Below are positions 61,801-64,000 of a DNA stretch of 64,000 nucleotides, piece after piece (the stretch's first letter is position 1; every line of letters starts with the position of its first letter). The translations under genes were made by a program, and so were the position numbers. Source of the stretch: Magallana gigas. Its lineage: Eukaryota. The stretch is from NCBI RefSeq assembly GCF_963853765.1, contig NC_088861.1, forward strand, positions 19,282,001-19,346,000, in the 5' to 3' direction. Under the pieces are notes generated by a model. That model saw nothing but the letters and a program-made list of their open reading frames with translations, did no database searches and was not told the DNA's origin.

Positions 61801-62029
61801 AAGTGTAACATGATATAAATCCATAGCGCATAATGCATGTCCATATTTTGTTTCGAAAGATTTAATATGGAGATATGTCGTGTCATGTTTATTTGGAGCC
61901 TGTTTCAATAAGGTATAATTTTCTAATACATCTATTCTAAAATGTATATATTCATGTATCAGAAACTACTGACTGGTGTTTAAAAATCTTTTTTTTAACG
62001 GAATACTTTACGGTGATTGTAAGGTTTTT

Positions 62030-63390
62030 ATTAAGATCTTCTGTTTCCAACGGAAGACCTTATAGTAATTTGTTTGCTTTTATTAAGGTCTTCCTTGTGT
62101 TTATTAAGGTCTTCCTTTTCCAAAGGCAGACGATATTGTGGTTGTAGTGTTTTAAGTTCACCTGAGCTGAAAGCTCAAATGAGCTATTCTGATCACATTT
62201 TGTCTGTCGTCCGTCTGTCTGTCTGTCCGTAATCTTTTCACATTTTCAACATCTTCTCAAGAACTACTTGGCCAATTTCAACCAAACTTAGCACAAATTA
62301 TCCTTAGGCAAAGGGGATTCAAAGTTGTGGCCACACTCGTTTTCAAGAGGAGATAATTAGAAATTAATGAAAAATTTCGAAAATTTTCAAAAATCTTCTT
62401 CTCAAGAACCAGAAAGCCAGGAAAGCTGAAACTTGTGTTGAAGCATCCTCAGGTAGTGTAGATTCAAAGTTGTGAAATTCATGACCCCCGGGGTAGGGTG
62501 GGGCCACAATGGGGGGTCGAAGTTTAACATAGGAATATAAAGAGTAAATCTTTAAAAAAAATTTCTCAGAAACTAATCAGCCTGGAAAGCTGAATCTTGT
62601 GTGGAAGCATCCTCAGGTAGTGTAGATTCAAAGTTGTGAAAATCATGATCCTCGGGGGTAGGGTGGGGCCACAATTGGGGGTCGAAGTTTTACATAGGAA
62701 TATATAGAATAAATCTTTAAAAATCTTCTTCTCAGAAACTAATCAGCCAGGAAAGCTGAAACTTGTGTGGAAGCATCTTCAGGTAGTGTAGATTCAAAGT
62801 TGTGAAAATCATGATCCCTAGGAATAGGGTGGGGCCACAATTGGGGGGTCGAAGTTTTACATAGGAATATATAGAGTAAATCTTTAAAAATCTTCTTCTC
62901 AGAAACTAATCAGCCAGGAAAGCTTAAACTTGTGTGGAAGCATTCTCAGGTAGTGTTGTTCAAAGTTGTGAAAATCATGATCCCTGGGGATAGGGTGAGG
63001 CCACATTGGGGGGTCGAAGTTTTACATAGGAATTTATATATAGAATAAATCTTTAAAAATCTTCTTGTCAGAAACTAATCAGCCAGGAAAGTTGAAACTT
63101 GTGTGGAAGCATCCTCAGCTAGTGTAGATTCAAAGTTGTGAAATCCATGACCCCCAGGGGTAGGGTGGGGCCACAGTGGGGGGGGGGTGGGGGGGGGGGG
63201 GTCGAAGTTTTACATAGAGTAAATCTTTAAAAATCTTCTTCTCAGAAAGTAAGCAGCCAGGAAAGCTGAAACTTGTGTGGAAGCATCCTCACGTAGTGTA
63301 GATTCAAAGTTGTGAAAATCATGATCCTTGGGGGTAGGGTGGGGCCACAATTGGGGGTCGAAGTTTTACATAGGAATATATAGAGTAAAT
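62030..63390 (+). mobile_element. Stacked HINE 5' ends plus a CvA/Pearl-type HINE carrying a Cg170-like satellite array
   Basis: Three ttaag(g/a)tcttc starts (62034-62090), then tttaagttcacctgagctgaaagctcaa, a (GTCT/GTCC)n tract and the satellite units. No 3' hairpin end was seen. Confidence 0.8.
62421..63390 (+). repeat. ~166-bp satellite (Cg170/HindIII-like), about 5.8 units
   Basis: Units start gaaag(c/t)t at 62421, 62585, 62751, 62918, 63087 and 63261 (periods 164-174 bp). The family name is from memory of oyster satellites. Confidence 0.85.
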
Positions 63391-63469
63391 ATCGAAAATT
63401 TAGAGAAATTTGAATTTTGCAAGGGGGAGGGTTTCTGGACCCTTCAGACTCCTCCTCTAGATTCGCGCA

Positions 63470-64000
63470 TGCTCTAAATATGTCAGTATTTTATCACCTT
63501 TCAAAAGTGCATTTATTGGCTTACCTGGCGATGAATGATGTCTCGGGTTCTTTGACTGCACATTTAGATGCCCTAGGCCGCCTTTGTAAGTCTTTGTGGC
63601 CCTTCCCGTGAACTGAATAAATCGCCCAGCGCTGTTCTCTCCGATCTTGAACTGCTCACACTGCAAGTCGTGATGTTCGTCGTATCCTCTTAGTCCAAAG
63701 ACTTTGCATGCGTAAAAGAAAACGGTGTGTTGCAACTGTTCGGCACACGTGCTTTTGCCACAAAGTCTCTTCGTCTTTAGGCAGAATAGGGTCCGCTTGT
63801 TTTAAACTACACCCGAATCCTTTGTCAATTAACGATTTCATTCTTGCATCAACCAATTTCCGGAAATCGGTAAATTCTCCGTTATTTCGTCAAGGAAATT
63901 CTTATCATAGACAACCTAATTGCAAAAGTCTTCACAGTATGAGGTAGATAGATCTTGGCGGATATTCTGTTCCATCGCGCTTCCGCGCCTCCACTACGAA
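63470..64000 (-). pseudogene. Decayed Crypton-type tyrosine recombinase / DUF3504 fragment, running off the window edge
   Basis: FVVEARKRDGTEYPPRSIY...FRKLVDARMKSLIDKGFGCSLKQADPILPKDEETLW, then a frameshift to QHTVFFYACKVFGLRGYDEHHDLQCEQF...KTYKGGL. Stops and frameshifts are present. Confidence 0.8.

Overview
This is AT-rich, intron-containing animal genomic DNA. A ~166-bp Cg170-like satellite, Helentron-type (HINE) repeats and C1q-domain genes point to an oyster (Crassostrea/Magallana); this is an inference. Host genes I could assemble with canonical GT-AG junctions and consistent reading frames are: (1) a single-CDS-exon secreted 161-aa protein with an 8-Cys ladder (3993-4478, -); (2) a 2-exon GPx1/2-like glutathione-peroxidase-fold gene lacking the catalytic Sec/Cys and Gln (19341-21979, -); (3) two tandem 2-exon secreted coiled-coil + C1q genes (23642-25579 and 27158-28541, +); (4) four intact 5-coding-exon METTL27/WBSCR27-like SAM methyltransferases (29444-50873, -) plus a 3' remnant of a fifth between the C1q genes. 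Mobile DNA includes a full-length CR1/L2-group LINE with both ORFs open and in one frame, separated by a single TAG; a 5'-truncated relative; decayed RT fragments; several HINEs; Kolobok-like, TA-type and 9-bp-TSD MITEs; a decayed F-box/LRR pseudogene; and a Crypton/DUF3504 tyrosine-recombinase fragment at the right edge. The strongest leads are the GPx pseudoenzyme, the AUG-less in-frame LINE ORF2, the disulfide-ladder secreted protein and the methyltransferase array. All calls come from manual reading; no database searches were run.
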